A stretch of DNA of 64,000 nt from an uncultured Gammaproteobacteria bacterium (GCA_964416505.1 CAYQEJ010000001.1:146363-210362); one strand, 5' to 3'. Positions 1 through 10,243 are shown, counted from the first letter of the stretch. Notes: generated by a model not told the origin, from the sequence alone. A program made the numbers and translations.

Positions 1-430
1 CTGGAGAAGTAGACATTACTAAACCTGGCTGCTGTGAGGAAGGCATAGAAGAAGCGATACTAAAACTGGTCTCAAAATGAGACTGTCTTGTTCCTCCTGA
101 TAAGCCATCATTTACACTTGATGTTTCACCAGCTTCATTCACTAAAGATTTAGAAAATGTCTGGTCAGAGAAACATCCGCTTGTAACAGCATTTGAAATT
201 CTCAAAGATTGCGTTCCAAATCCCGATGTAGATAAACTTCCTGAGACACCATGATCATACATCGCGCAACCAGATCCTGCTGCTCCTAGACTACTCCATC
301 CATCCTGCGCATTTACTGTGCCAGGATTATATGATTCAAAATTAACAGAAAGAGAATCAGCGAATGCTGGAGAAGCAAAACCAAAAACTGAAATTAATAA
401 GGAAAACGAAATTAATATTTTTTTAAACAT
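1..430 (-). CDS. secreted protein, N-terminal part (gene continues beyond window start)
   Basis: Minus-strand reading from ATG at 428-430 gives MFKKILISFSLLISVFGFASPAFADS..., a signal peptide with an AFA-DS cleavage site. There is a strong SD (GGAGGTG) 8 nt upstream. No stop before the window edge. Confidence 0.55.
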   Translation of the reverse strand, partial: MFKKILISFSLLISVFGFASPAFADSLSVNFESYNPGTVNAQDGWSSLGAAGSGCAMYDHGVSGSLSTSGFGTQSLRISNAVTSGCFSDQTFSKSLVNEAGETSSVNDGLSGGTRQSHFETSFSIASSMPSSQQPGLVMSTSP

Positions 431-544
431 TTGTTTCACCTCCTTTCCTAAATCGCACTATATCAAGAAAAACCTACTATAGGAATAACATTAAATGGAC
501 TAAAAGATATCAAAGGCTATTAATTTTTATGCTAGAATTGGTTT

Positions 545-1300
545 ATGGATGGTTCAGGACCAAAGGACATTAGGTCTCCAATTCAATCAGAACCTAAGAC
601 TCCTCTTTCACCCGCTCAAATAGCATTCAGGCAGTATTTCAGAGAAAGTTTTAGATTTACCCAGGGAAGCTTCACGAATCAAAAAGTTGTTACAAGCTGG
701 GTCGTCGCATCTGGATTAATGCCAGATGTAGAACTTCCAAGAAGAATGCCGTCATATTTAAAAACTGTTGCACCTCCCGGCGCACACTTGCAAAGATCAA
801 GCGAAGAACGAAAAGATGATTTGGATTTTGCATATAGAGAAGTGGTAAGAATAACAAAAGACGGAGCTAAAGCTACGCCAGAATATTTAGCAGGCAATAT
901 CTTAGGCGGTATGCTTCAAATGGAGCTAAAATATCAGCTAAGAGGTAGATATGGAAGAAGACCAAATGACGATATGTTTGATAGCTATATGCGAAGATAT
1001 CTAATTTTGGGCGAAGCTACTGGTTCTCCTATTTTAGATAAATTAGCATTGGAACTTAGGAGAAAGCTTGATGAATTAAGAAAAAAACCTCGAGAAGTTA
1101 TTGATCCTACTGAAAAATCCAAAAAGATTGCGGAGATTACCCGACTTCTTCGGGGAAATTTTGTCCAAGAACAGGATGCGATTAGTTTAATGCGCCAATT
1201 GGGACAAAGAGAATTACTTGCTCTTATTGAGGAATATTGGGAACTAAACCATAGTGGGAAAAAATTCTATCCCGAAGAAGCTCTTTCAACCGCAGAATAA
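545..1300 (+). CDS. hypothetical protein (251 aa), basic/charged, no recognisable domain
   Basis: Long ORF from the track. One of only two plus-strand ORFs in the window. No motif I recognise. Confidence 0.4.
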   Translation: MDGSGPKDIRSPIQSEPKTPLSPAQIAFRQYFRESFRFTQGSFTNQKVVTSWVVASGLMPDVELPRRMPSYLKTVAPPGAHLQRSSEERKDDLDFAYREVVRITKDGAKATPEYLAGNILGGMLQMELKYQLRGRYGRRPNDDMFDSYMRRYLILGEATGSPILDKLALELRRKLDELRKKPREVIDPTEKSKKIAEITRLLRGNFVQEQDAISLMRQLGQRELLALIEEYWELNHSGKKFYPEEALSTAE

Positions 1301-1303
1301 AAA

Positions 1304-1615
1304 TTAACCTAAATCAATCGCTCTTTCGTATGCTTCAACAAAAGTCATTGCTACACCAAATCCATGCGGATCTGCTTCAGCAACAGCCATCTGAGCTACT
1401 CTTTGCGCATGATAATGACCTGTCGCATATCTATGAACAAGGGATTTTGGACCACCAGTTTCCAGTAAATGAGCATCAAATATCTTGAGCGCTTGAAGCC
1501 TGGAATTTCTGTCTGCTCCAGGATCAGATATTATCTGATCTGCGTGTGCATCAGCTTGTGAATAATTAAACTTTGCTCCTTCGGGACCTCTTCCAAGTGT
1601 GTGTTCCATGAGCAT
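1304..1615 (-). CDS. hypothetical protein (103 aa)
   Basis: ORF only. GC-richer than its surroundings. His-rich (HYHAQ, DPHGFG). No recognisable family. Confidence 0.3.
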   Translation of the reverse strand: MLMEHTLGRGPEGAKFNYSQADAHADQIISDPGADRNSRLQALKIFDAHLLETGGPKSLVHRYATGHYHAQRVAQMAVAEADPHGFGVAMTFVEAYERAIDLG

Positions 1616-1668
1616 ATTATAGTATAAGATTAGGCAAAAATCAACAACTACAGGCCTATGCCATTTAC

Positions 1669-2118
1669 TTAATTTAGCCTGCCAGAATTTACTTGCGGAA
1701 AAACTACAACTGGAGGCTCAAGTCTTCTCTCAATCATTTTAAGAGCTACTTTGGCTAAATCATCCATTTTAAAATATTTTCTTCTTTCCCCAACTCTTGC
1801 TTGATCTACCTCCGTAGCCGGCTCATCACCATTCCAGTCTGAAAGCATGGCTACCTGATGTGAATGCAAGCCTGAAGCATATGTATTAATTATCGTAAAT
1901 CTTGGCCTTCCAGTCTCATCGACAAATGCAGTATTCAAAGAAACCATTATTGTTTCATGCCCTGCTAAAGAAAATGTGTCCGACAAAACTTCCTCATTAA
2001 GAGGTTTTCCAGTTTTTCTTGAATAATCCAATAATGCTTTTGCTACTTGATCAAAAGGAGAACTTGGACGTTCACCTTCTTTTTGAGATCTTCTGCGTAC
2101 TCTTTCAGCCATAGCCAC
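1669..2118 (-). CDS. hypothetical protein (149 aa)
   Basis: ORF only. Soluble, no recognisable motif. Confidence 0.35.
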   Translation of the reverse strand: MAMAERVRRRSQKEGERPSSPFDQVAKALLDYSRKTGKPLNEEVLSDTFSLAGHETIMVSLNTAFVDETGRPRFTIINTYASGLHSHQVAMLSDWNGDEPATEVDQARVGERRKYFKMDDLAKVALKMIERRLEPPVVVFPQVNSGRLN

Positions 2119-2223
2119 GAATTATAGCAGAAATTATTTTAATTTTAAAAATAGCAAATAGATATCGCGAAATTAAAAAAATTTTAATTTACTGAATAAG
2201 GCTAACGTGGATAATTATAATTA

Positions 2224-3711
2224 TTATCTTTCGTAAATGTATAGATTTAGATTATAAAATGGAATTTCTTTTTCCAAAGGATAAAGGTCTTTAATGGCCG
2301 ACTTAATAACTTTGATTTCATTCATTTCTTTATTAGTTATTGGAGACAAGTAACCTATCATTAAACACACTTTTAAACTCTCTCTATTCTCTGACTGTAC
2401 GGCATCTCTAACATTTTTAAAATTTATATCAAAATTATCGCTATACAGTAATTTATACCAAGTAGGAAAATCTGATATTATTCTTGAATCATAGTAAGAT
2501 AAGTAACCATGATCCTTAATCCATTGTGGATAAAATAGTTTTAAACTATCATGGCAATTATTAACCATATAGTTTGATATTCCTCGATAATCTTCTTTTT
2601 TATAATTTAAATAATAGTTAGTTAAACCGAGAGCAGATAGAATTATTATTACTATCATTACAGCAATAAATAACTTATTATCTATAATTTTTTTATTTTG
2701 TTTATAGAGATAGCTTAATCCTAAAGAAAAATAAATTATCATATAGGGCATTACGAAAATTAAATATCTGTCTACAAAAAGTGGCTTCACAAATGATACT
2801 AGACAAGTTATTAATAATGGGATGAAACACAAATTAAAGATTAAAATTATTTTCAGTTTTTCCAAATTACTTTTATATTTAAAAATTAAATTTTTTACTA
2901 ATATCGTCGACGATAGGAATCCGAAAATATAAATACTCGTGTATAGTAATCCATTATTTCCAATAATTTTGTTTAAAAAATTGATTAAAGTCTTTGCATT
3001 AATTTTTTGTATCCAATTCAATGAATTATTTGAATTCGAATTAACAAAATAATAAACAGGTAAAATACATAATATAGTAATTAAATATGATGCTAATATT
3101 GTTTTCCAAGGAAACTTTTCATTATAAAATATTAAATAAAACAAAATAGAAATTGCATGAGATAAAATAACAAGTAAGGCAAAAAAATGTGCATAAATTG
3201 ATAATATGTTTATTATTGTATATATAAAAACATATTTTAGAGATTTATTTTCACCGAATTTAATTAGTAAATAAGTAGATACTAATGTTAGTAACGTCAC
3301 CAAGCTATATGCCCGTAGCTCCTGCGCATATTGCACATTAAAAGAATTAATTGAAATTAAAAATGAGGACAAAATACCTATTATGATTGATTTCTTCCGA
3401 TCCTTCAATAAGCTACTTCCTATCAAATATACAAATGGGACTGCGACAACCGAAAAAAATACAGGTAAAAGTCTTAAATTAAATTCAGAATTATAATTAA
3501 TAAATTTTGCCCAAAGATTTAAAAGAAAATAAAATAATCCCATGTTTAATTCCGTTTGAAATATATAAGGAATAATTTTTTCTATACCTATGTTTAAATA
3601 ACGCGTGCTAAATAATTCATCTTGCCAAAAAGATAATTTATCTAAATAAACAATTCTTAGAATAATTGAGAGAATCAAAATAGTAAAAAAAGTAATTTTG
3701 TAGCGAACCAT
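2224..3711 (-). CDS. GT-C fold membrane glycosyltransferase (ArnT/PMT-like, GT39/GT83 family)
   Basis: 495 aa polytopic protein. The first loop carries a WQDE (Asp-Glu) motif typical of PMT/ArnT-type GT-C enzymes. Very I/L/F/Y-rich with many TM helices. Confidence 0.6.
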   Translation of the reverse strand: MVRYKITFFTILILSIILRIVYLDKLSFWQDELFSTRYLNIGIEKIIPYIFQTELNMGLFYFLLNLWAKFINYNSEFNLRLLPVFFSVVAVPFVYLIGSSLLKDRKKSIIIGILSSFLISINSFNVQYAQELRAYSLVTLLTLVSTYLLIKFGENKSLKYVFIYTIINILSIYAHFFALLVILSHAISILFYLIFYNEKFPWKTILASYLITILCILPVYYFVNSNSNNSLNWIQKINAKTLINFLNKIIGNNGLLYTSIYIFGFLSSTILVKNLIFKYKSNLEKLKIILIFNLCFIPLLITCLVSFVKPLFVDRYLIFVMPYMIIYFSLGLSYLYKQNKKIIDNKLFIAVMIVIIILSALGLTNYYLNYKKEDYRGISNYMVNNCHDSLKLFYPQWIKDHGYLSYYDSRIISDFPTWYKLLYSDNFDINFKNVRDAVQSENRESLKVCLMIGYLSPITNKEMNEIKVIKSAIKDLYPLEKEIPFYNLNLYIYER

Positions 3712-3721
3712 GATTTTTATT

Positions 3722-5314
3722 TTATGTCTTATTTATTTCTAGTTTTGTATTTTCATATTCATATTCATCTTTTCTAATTATCTCTAATGCTGTGCTGATG
3801 TTAATCCAAACAAATATTACTGTCAGTACAAAATCGTATATTATCCACAATTGTAATGACCAGTATTTATAATTAAAAATTTTTATATCTCCAATTTTTA
3901 TCCCAAGCAAAATTAAGTATATAAATATAATCATATATATTGACGAGAAAATAAGAGTCTGCTGATAGGCTTTGGATAGGTTTCTTTGCCTGGTATTTGT
4001 AGAAACCCAACCAACAGATCTTTTAAAAATTGAGGCTGTAACAGCATGAGAATAAGCATAAATTCTCGATATTAAAATTGAAAAATAACCAGGTTTAAAT
4101 TTTGCAATTTGGAATAAAAAAACAAAAATAAATGAAAAAATAATGTTAGGAAGATATAAATAACTTATTCCTTTTGGAACAAAATCATTGTAGATAAATA
4201 AAACCCAAAACAATTGTAGAGGTAATATGAAAATTAATGGATTATGAAGATAAAACATGAAACCAGTTATATAGCAGAATTTAGTTTTCCAACTTACACT
4301 CGCAAACCAGAATCTTCTTGAGAACATCATACTCATACTTCCCATACACCAACGATGCTGCTGATGAAAAAAAGTATAATTATTATCTGGGCATAAACCC
4401 ATAGCCAGAATTACAGGCATGTAAGATACTAGATATCCTCTTGTAACAAGCTCGAAGCCAGTATGCGCATCTTCGCTGTGTTCTATTTGATAAGGTCCAC
4501 CTATTTCTTCCAAGGCTGATCTTCTGTAAACAGCATTTGAGCCACAGCAAATAGTCCCATTGAACCTTGACCTCGATACCTGTATAAAACGATAGAATGG
4601 TTCTTCGGCAAATGCAGAATTATATGCTATCTTGGAACTTTTATAAGATTCCATAGAATTATCAAAATACTGCGGAGTTTGTAGTATGCCTATTTTCTTG
4701 TTAGTCATATATGGAAGTGTGTGTTTGATGAAATCAGAATTGGGTGCAAAATCCGCATCAAAAATGATTATATACTCACCAGTTGAATTCTCGAAACCAT
4801 ATTTTAAATTTCCTGCTTTTTTCATCTCACCGACATTCTGCCTTCTTAAATAAGAGAATCCGTATTTTCTACATAAATCTCTTATCTGATCTGGATAGTT
4901 CTTGGAATCATCTAGAACATATACTTTGTAGTTCTTGTAATCTAATTTATTAACATAATGCCAAGTATTTTCTAGAATTAAAATATCTTCACCGCTTATA
5001 GGAAGAAAAATGTCTACTGATGGCTCATTTCCCTCTTTCCAATACTCATTTATAAATTCCAAATGTTTATTTTTATTAAATTGTTTATAAAATAAATTCA
5101 GGCTAAAACTAAATAACTGATAAATTGTAAGGAAAATCATAATTGGGGCAATTATGAATGTATAAAACGGATCAAGTCCTATTACCGAAAGGTACCCAAT
5201 CGAAATTAGAATCCAAGAAAATATACCAAAAGAATAAAAAGAATATATCTTCCAATTTGGGGTCTTATCAATATATAGAAACTTGTCTATTTTTGAAGGA
5301 TTGGGAAGAAGCAT
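3722..5314 (-). CDS. processive GT2 beta-glycan synthase, cellulose-synthase-like (CesA/BcsA-type)
   Basis: N- and C-terminal TM helices flank a GT2 domain. The domain has DDSK, a DADFAP DxD motif, a SED(A)HTG TED-like motif and QQHRW (the QxxRW processivity motif). Confidence 0.75.
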   Translation of the reverse strand: MLLPNPSKIDKFLYIDKTPNWKIYSFYSFGIFSWILISIGYLSVIGLDPFYTFIIAPIMIFLTIYQLFSFSLNLFYKQFNKNKHLEFINEYWKEGNEPSVDIFLPISGEDILILENTWHYVNKLDYKNYKVYVLDDSKNYPDQIRDLCRKYGFSYLRRQNVGEMKKAGNLKYGFENSTGEYIIIFDADFAPNSDFIKHTLPYMTNKKIGILQTPQYFDNSMESYKSSKIAYNSAFAEEPFYRFIQVSRSRFNGTICCGSNAVYRRSALEEIGGPYQIEHSEDAHTGFELVTRGYLVSYMPVILAMGLCPDNNYTFFHQQHRWCMGSMSMMFSRRFWFASVSWKTKFCYITGFMFYLHNPLIFILPLQLFWVLFIYNDFVPKGISYLYLPNIIFSFIFVFLFQIAKFKPGYFSILISRIYAYSHAVTASIFKRSVGWVSTNTRQRNLSKAYQQTLIFSSIYMIIFIYLILLGIKIGDIKIFNYKYWSLQLWIIYDFVLTVIFVWINISTALEIIRKDEYEYENTKLEINKT

Positions 5315-5319
5315 TTATT

Positions 5320-5595
5320 TTAATAATTTTCCTGAGCTTCATTTATAAAAGATGAAATTCTTTCATTAAAATTATTATTTTTTATTATCACAATTTCACA
5401 CCTAGGTATTTTAACTATTTTATTTTTATTAGCAAATATTTTTATTATTTTATTCTCATATTTACATACTAGTTTAATCTTAACAGGAGGAGGAGTACCT
5501 GGAGGTAGATTTGCACCACCGTATGCAAACGTAGATCTAGTTAAAAAAACAGAAAAAAAAGAAAGTAATAATGCAGTAACAATAATTTTTTTCAT
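5320..5595 (-). CDS. small secreted protein (91 aa)
   Basis: Signal peptide MKKIIVTALLLSFFSVFLTRSTFA. Sits between the two synthase genes. Confidence 0.35.
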   Translation of the reverse strand: MKKIIVTALLLSFFSVFLTRSTFAYGGANLPPGTPPPVKIKLVCKYENKIIKIFANKNKIVKIPRCEIVIIKNNNFNERISSFINEAQENY

Positions 5596-5657
5596 GATAA
5601 GTATTGAAGCTTGATTTTTTCACAATCCAATAAAAAAATCAAGCTTTTGAAAAATAA

Positions 5658-7322
5658 TCAGACACCATCTTCAAATTGGATTTTTTTAAAAGGTAAAATA
5701 AAATCTTTAAATTTATAATAAATGATTTTCAAATCCTCTAAATATGAAACTGTTATTAACCCACTAAAAAATAGGGTAGTGTAGATAGCCCAAAATCTCA
5801 TGACTAAAGATTCATGGTTGAATATTATGCTAAATATTAATCCCCAGCTTAAGAAATATATTATAATTAAAAAGGGTTTGAATATTTTTATCCCTCCTCC
5901 CCTAATATTTGAACTATTATTCTTCGAAGTTACAACATATGTTAACTTTCCTCTTGTTAAAAACTTAATGAATGCAAGAGTATAAATTATATTTGCCATC
6001 TGAGAAATTATCATTCCCCGTAAACCAATGACAGGCTCATTCTTGGGATCAATATAGTATTTATGCAAATAAACCATAATCATCATTCCTGATAAGTAAG
6101 CTGGAAAAGAATAACTTATCCACTCATTAAATTTCATATTTGCCGAAGTAATTCCAAATGCCAAATATAAAAAGATAAGTATAACTCCAAAAAAAGTTGA
6201 CAGTCCAGTAAAATAAAATAGCTGAGAGTAAAATATATTAATTTTTTGTTTTAGGGTAAGTTTAAAAAAATGTTTATATGAATGTTTAAAAAGTATCTCA
6301 AACAATCCATAGCTCCACCTTGTCTGCTGATTAAAATAACCTACCCAATTAACAGGCCCATGTCCCTCTGCTACTACTTGTGGAAGATATACCCCTTTCC
6401 ATCCATTACTAAAAAAATATACACCAGTCAAATAATCTTCAGCTATCGTAGGAATATATCCCCCAAAATTTTTCATAGCTTCAACCCTATATACATGCGT
6501 CGTTCCTATTAAAAAAGGCATATTTGCACCATAGAATCCCTGCTGCATTGGACCATAATAAAAATGTGTCTGCTCAGATGCCCCACGCGCTATCCAATTG
6601 TTGGTATTTTTATATACCTGTGGTGCTCCTACAAATCCAACTTTAGGATCTTTAAAATATCCAAGTTGCTTTGTGAGGTAATTTCTGTACGGTAGATGAT
6701 CCATATCCACCTGCGCTACTATATCGTAAAGATGCTCATACTCATTCCTCCAGGAATTCAAATTACCAGCCTTAGTCTTTTTCTTAAACCATCCCTGATT
6801 TTGATTATAGTGCTCAAGACCTTTTCTGGAAAAATAATTAATACCTAATTTTTTACAAATTAGCTTAACCTCATCAGTATTGCCTTCATCTAAAACCCAT
6901 GTATCATGCTTGTAATCCGCATCTCGCATAGCAGCGAGTGTCTCTTCAAGCATCTCTAATGGCTCATCTCCTGGTACGTAACATGTTAGGAATGCAACCC
7001 TCAATCCCTCAGGAGGGTCCTCGTGTCTGGGCCTTCTCATAAACCAGGTAGTGAACCAGGTACCAACTCTCAAAAATAAACCAATAAATACAACAAAAGA
7101 CAAAAACCCAAAAAGAAGATAATCAAATATAAAACTATAGTTGAAAGAATCATGAAACCAGTTATTAGGAAGGTGTTGAGGGTTAAACCACCATACAAGA
7201 TATCTTATAGTTGTAAAAAGTCCAACTGTGATTAGAATTAAGTAAAAAACTTTTTCGACACGTGTCATCGGCGAATAGTTCTTTACCTCAAAAGAGTTCG
7301 ATTTATTCTTTCTAAAAAACAT
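5658..7322 (-). CDS. processive GT2 beta-glycan synthase, cellulose-synthase-like, paralogue 2
   Basis: GT2 domain with VLDEGNTD, a QVDMDH DxD motif, TIAEDYLTG (TED) and QQTRW (QxxRW). Multiple TM helices on both sides. Confidence 0.75.
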   Translation of the reverse strand: MFFRKNKSNSFEVKNYSPMTRVEKVFYLILITVGLFTTIRYLVWWFNPQHLPNNWFHDSFNYSFIFDYLLFGFLSFVVFIGLFLRVGTWFTTWFMRRPRHEDPPEGLRVAFLTCYVPGDEPLEMLEETLAAMRDADYKHDTWVLDEGNTDEVKLICKKLGINYFSRKGLEHYNQNQGWFKKKTKAGNLNSWRNEYEHLYDIVAQVDMDHLPYRNYLTKQLGYFKDPKVGFVGAPQVYKNTNNWIARGASEQTHFYYGPMQQGFYGANMPFLIGTTHVYRVEAMKNFGGYIPTIAEDYLTGVYFFSNGWKGVYLPQVVAEGHGPVNWVGYFNQQTRWSYGLFEILFKHSYKHFFKLTLKQKINIFYSQLFYFTGLSTFFGVILIFLYLAFGITSANMKFNEWISYSFPAYLSGMMIMVYLHKYYIDPKNEPVIGLRGMIISQMANIIYTLAFIKFLTRGKLTYVVTSKNNSSNIRGGGIKIFKPFLIIIYFLSWGLIFSIIFNHESLVMRFWAIYTTLFFSGLITVSYLEDLKIIYYKFKDFILPFKKIQFEDGV

Positions 7323-7368
7323 GGAAAAATATTATACTATAAGGCGGTTATCTAATCTAGCTTACTAT

Positions 7369-8484
7369 CTATTCTTGCAATATTAATACATTTTTATTAC
7401 TGAAGGAAGATCTATATATTGGTTTCTTCAGGTACTTTTTTAATGAATTCAGAGAATCCTTATCGCTGTCTATTAGCCAATTTGCATTTTCCTCTTTTGT
7501 TTTATCCTCATTAAAAAAAATAATAGCATCAATCTCTGTAAACCTAGTTGGGATTTCTAAATCAAGTAAATCACGATACCAATCAGCTTTACTACCCCCT
7601 TGGCTTACTGAATTAGTTTCTGCAATCATGAATTTTTTATTTGGAGCAAGCTTAAGCATTTTATAATATGATTTTGAAAAAATCGTCTCAAACTCATGCC
7701 ATGAACTCCACGACTGTGTTTCCCCCCAGTTGTAACCATCCAAAGCAACCCAATCAACGTATTCATCACCAGGATAAAGCTCAATAAAATCAATACTGTT
7801 TGGAGTATCTACATTTGGCGAAAACACCCAGATAATATTCGTAGCACCCTGATCATTAAAAATTTCATGAACCCTTCTCCAGGCATTAATAAAATCTTTA
7901 TTAGTACTATATGTTTTCTTAATTCCCCAATCCATTGTATCTAGATTCATTTCCCAAGCAAATCTAATAAATACAGGTTTCTTATAATTAGCAATGTTTT
8001 TCCCAGCTCTTTTTATAAATTCATCACAAACACCTTTATATATAGCTTCATATAAATTGTTTTTACTGGAAATGCATTCTTTGAAAAAATAAGGATTTGT
8101 GCTAATCATAGGGATCCACTTTTGGCGAGAAATATCATTCAACTCATCGACAAGAAGAGGATTACCCAATTGTTCCCATCCGTGGTAATAATTTACTATA
8201 GCCACTTTCTTATCTATTTTTTTCTCTATTAACCTCATTACGTGTGGATTTATCTTCTTTGTATTTAAGTCATAAAAATTATCTGTCCAGAATCCGATAT
8301 ATACACTCCTTTCTTCTTTTTGCAAATCAGCGCTATTTATATTTTTTTTATTACTATCCCTTAAATGAGGTAGCATACCCAAAGAAAGATATAGAATTAG
8401 CGCAATAGTGCATAAGAAAATTACTAAAAACTTAATTTTGTTTCCTGTTTTATTTGAGTTAATTTCACTATAATCTATCATCAA
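7369..8484 (-). CDS. membrane-anchored glycoside hydrolase, GH26-like (clan GH-A; mannanase/endoglucanase-type)
   Basis: N-terminal TM anchor. FIRFAWEMNxxxxDWG matches the GH26 acid/base region (B. subtilis ManB FRPLHEMNGEWFWWG). IAETN is a candidate nucleophile motif. Confidence 0.6.
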   Translation of the reverse strand: MMIDYSEINSNKTGNKIKFLVIFLCTIALILYLSLGMLPHLRDSNKKNINSADLQKEERSVYIGFWTDNFYDLNTKKINPHVMRLIEKKIDKKVAIVNYYHGWEQLGNPLLVDELNDISRQKWIPMISTNPYFFKECISSKNNLYEAIYKGVCDEFIKRAGKNIANYKKPVFIRFAWEMNLDTMDWGIKKTYSTNKDFINAWRRVHEIFNDQGATNIIWVFSPNVDTPNSIDFIELYPGDEYVDWVALDGYNWGETQSWSSWHEFETIFSKSYYKMLKLAPNKKFMIAETNSVSQGGSKADWYRDLLDLEIPTRFTEIDAIIFFNEDKTKEENANWLIDSDKDSLNSLKKYLKKPIYRSSFSNKNVLILQE

Positions 8485-8527
8485 GTATTAAATTATACAT
8501 GAAATGTCCGAAAATTAATTAGAAACT

Positions 8528-8842
8528 TTAATAAGAAACTGTGGGGACTGGAGAGGTCATATCATCGTCTGTTTTATTATCGTTATCATTCATTAACTTG
8601 CTTTTTACTTCTTCCTTGATCACATGAGATTTATCATATTTAGTATCATCCATATTATCGGATTTATATACCAGAACAGCAAATCCGAGAGCAACAACTG
8701 CAAAAATCGGTAATAACCACTTAAGATGAGGATGAGCACTAAATAAATCTTTCTGACTTGGTTTTGCTGGAGCTTTTGTAGACTTTACTGATTTCTTTTT
8801 GGGCATATATCTATATTGCCAAAGAAATAAACATCTTGTCAA
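8528..8842 (-). CDS. small single-pass membrane protein
   Basis: Basic N-terminus (MPKKKSVKS...) is probably the real start. One TM helix and an acidic C-terminal tail. Confidence 0.35.
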   Translation of the reverse strand: MTRCLFLWQYRYMPKKKSVKSTKAPAKPSQKDLFSAHPHLKWLLPIFAVVALGFAVLVYKSDNMDDTKYDKSHVIKEEVKSKLMNDNDNKTDDDMTSPVPTVSY

Positions 8843-8848
8843 TAGGTA

Positions 8849-10243
8849 TTATGAAGCTAGTCTCACAGGCCTTATTTTTTTCTCATTTTTAGGATCCATT
8901 ATGAATCTATTTAAAATTTTGTAAGTATCATAATCAAATCTATATTCTTTTTTTATTTCAGCTAAATCCTCAAATTCATTCTTTACACTTCCCAAATAGC
9001 ACCATTTATCTACTAAATGCGCTTCGTTCTTATCTCCTAATTCTTTTATAATAATTGGTGAATCAAATCTCCAAGGTCTTATTTTCTTATGATAAAACCC
9101 TTCGTCAAACCTAAGATTATATTTCACGCTCGCCTCTTTACCATCACATGCGCCTTTACACTGACCTAAATGAAAATAAAAACAAAGTCCTTTTCCTTTA
9201 TCGAGCCCAAGTAAACGCGGACACAGGGAAAATTCTTTAGCTACGTTATGGAGAAATTCTTTTGTTTGCTTAATTGATTTAAAAACTCCAAGTATATTTT
9301 CTATCTGATCAATATCAATTTCCGATAGTTCACGTATTTCAACAGAATTAAAACCATTTTCATCAATTTTTTTCAGAAGAATAGGCATTTTCCTGGATTC
9401 TCTAAGAAGTCTATTATAAAGCGGCTTTTGTTCTTTTATAAGCGTAGACTCCAGCAAAAGCGCTCCTAGCTCACCCGCTGTCTCAACATACTCAATACTT
9501 CTGACTTCACGGGAAATTTTCATGTCAGTTAGAGAAAGATGGTCATTAGAAAAATGAGACAAAACCCTATCTCTGATATTTATGCTTTTTCCTATATATA
9601 AAACTACCCCATTTTCTCCATAGAAAATGTAAACTCCTGGAGAATCTGGCAAATCATCGAAAAATTCCCCGGGTATGGCAGACGGAAGTGAAGGTTTTTT
9701 TAGAACAATACTTAGCGCCTGTTCAAACAATTCTGGTTTTATTGTTTCTTGTGATTTTTTATAGAATTCCCAAATTACTTTAGCATCATCAAATGCACGA
9801 TGACGATTAACACACTCTATATTAAAGTTTTCAATAATTGAATCTAAGTTATATCTCTTTTGATTTGGATACAAAAGTCTGGCAAGTTTTACAGTACACA
9901 TTTGTTTAGAAGAAAACTTAACCCCGACTCTTTTAAATTCCTGTCTTAAAAATGCGTAATCAAAACGAACATTATGCGCTGCAATTACGCTATCTGAAAA
10001 AAGCTCAAGTAATTTTTCAGAAATATCTTCAAAAAATGGAGAATCTTCGAGCTCCCGGGGATTTATCCCTGTCAAATCCTGAATGAAAGGATCGACATAC
10101 ATTTTTGGGTTTAGAAGTGTTTTGAATTCATTTACTACCTTTCCATCAACAACTTTTAAAACCCCTATTTCTATGATCTTGCCATATCCAGCATTTAATC
10201 CAGTAGTTTCGGTATCAACAAAACAAATCGAGGAAGGGGGCAT
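8849..10243 (-). CDS. DnaQ-like DEDDh 3'-5' exonuclease fused to GIY-YIG (UvrC/Cho-like) nuclease domain
   Basis: N-terminus has FVDTETTGL (Exo I), AHNVRFDYAFL (Exo II) and HRAFDDA (Exo III). The middle has GVYIFYGENGVVLYIGKSINIRDRVLSHF, a GIY-YIG motif. Confidence 0.75.
   Translation of the reverse strand: MPPSSICFVDTETTGLNAGYGKIIEIGVLKVVDGKVVNEFKTLLNPKMYVDPFIQDLTGINPRELEDSPFFEDISEKLLELFSDSVIAAHNVRFDYAFLRQEFKRVGVKFSSKQMCTVKLARLLYPNQKRYNLDSIIENFNIECVNRHRAFDDAKVIWEFYKKSQETIKPELFEQALSIVLKKPSLPSAIPGEFFDDLPDSPGVYIFYGENGVVLYIGKSINIRDRVLSHFSNDHLSLTDMKISREVRSIEYVETAGELGALLLESTLIKEQKPLYNRLLRESRKMPILLKKIDENGFNSVEIRELSEIDIDQIENILGVFKSIKQTKEFLHNVAKEFSLCPRLLGLDKGKGLCFYFHLGQCKGACDGKEASVKYNLRFDEGFYHKKIRPWRFDSPIIIKELGDKNEAHLVDKWCYLGSVKNEFEDLAEIKKEYRFDYDTYKILNRFIMDPKNEKKIRPVRLAS

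Noticed and set aside
2119-2223. AT-only palindrome aattaaaa-aaa-ttttaatt
   Set aside because: Pure A/T palindromes are expected by chance at this base composition. There is no flanking structure.
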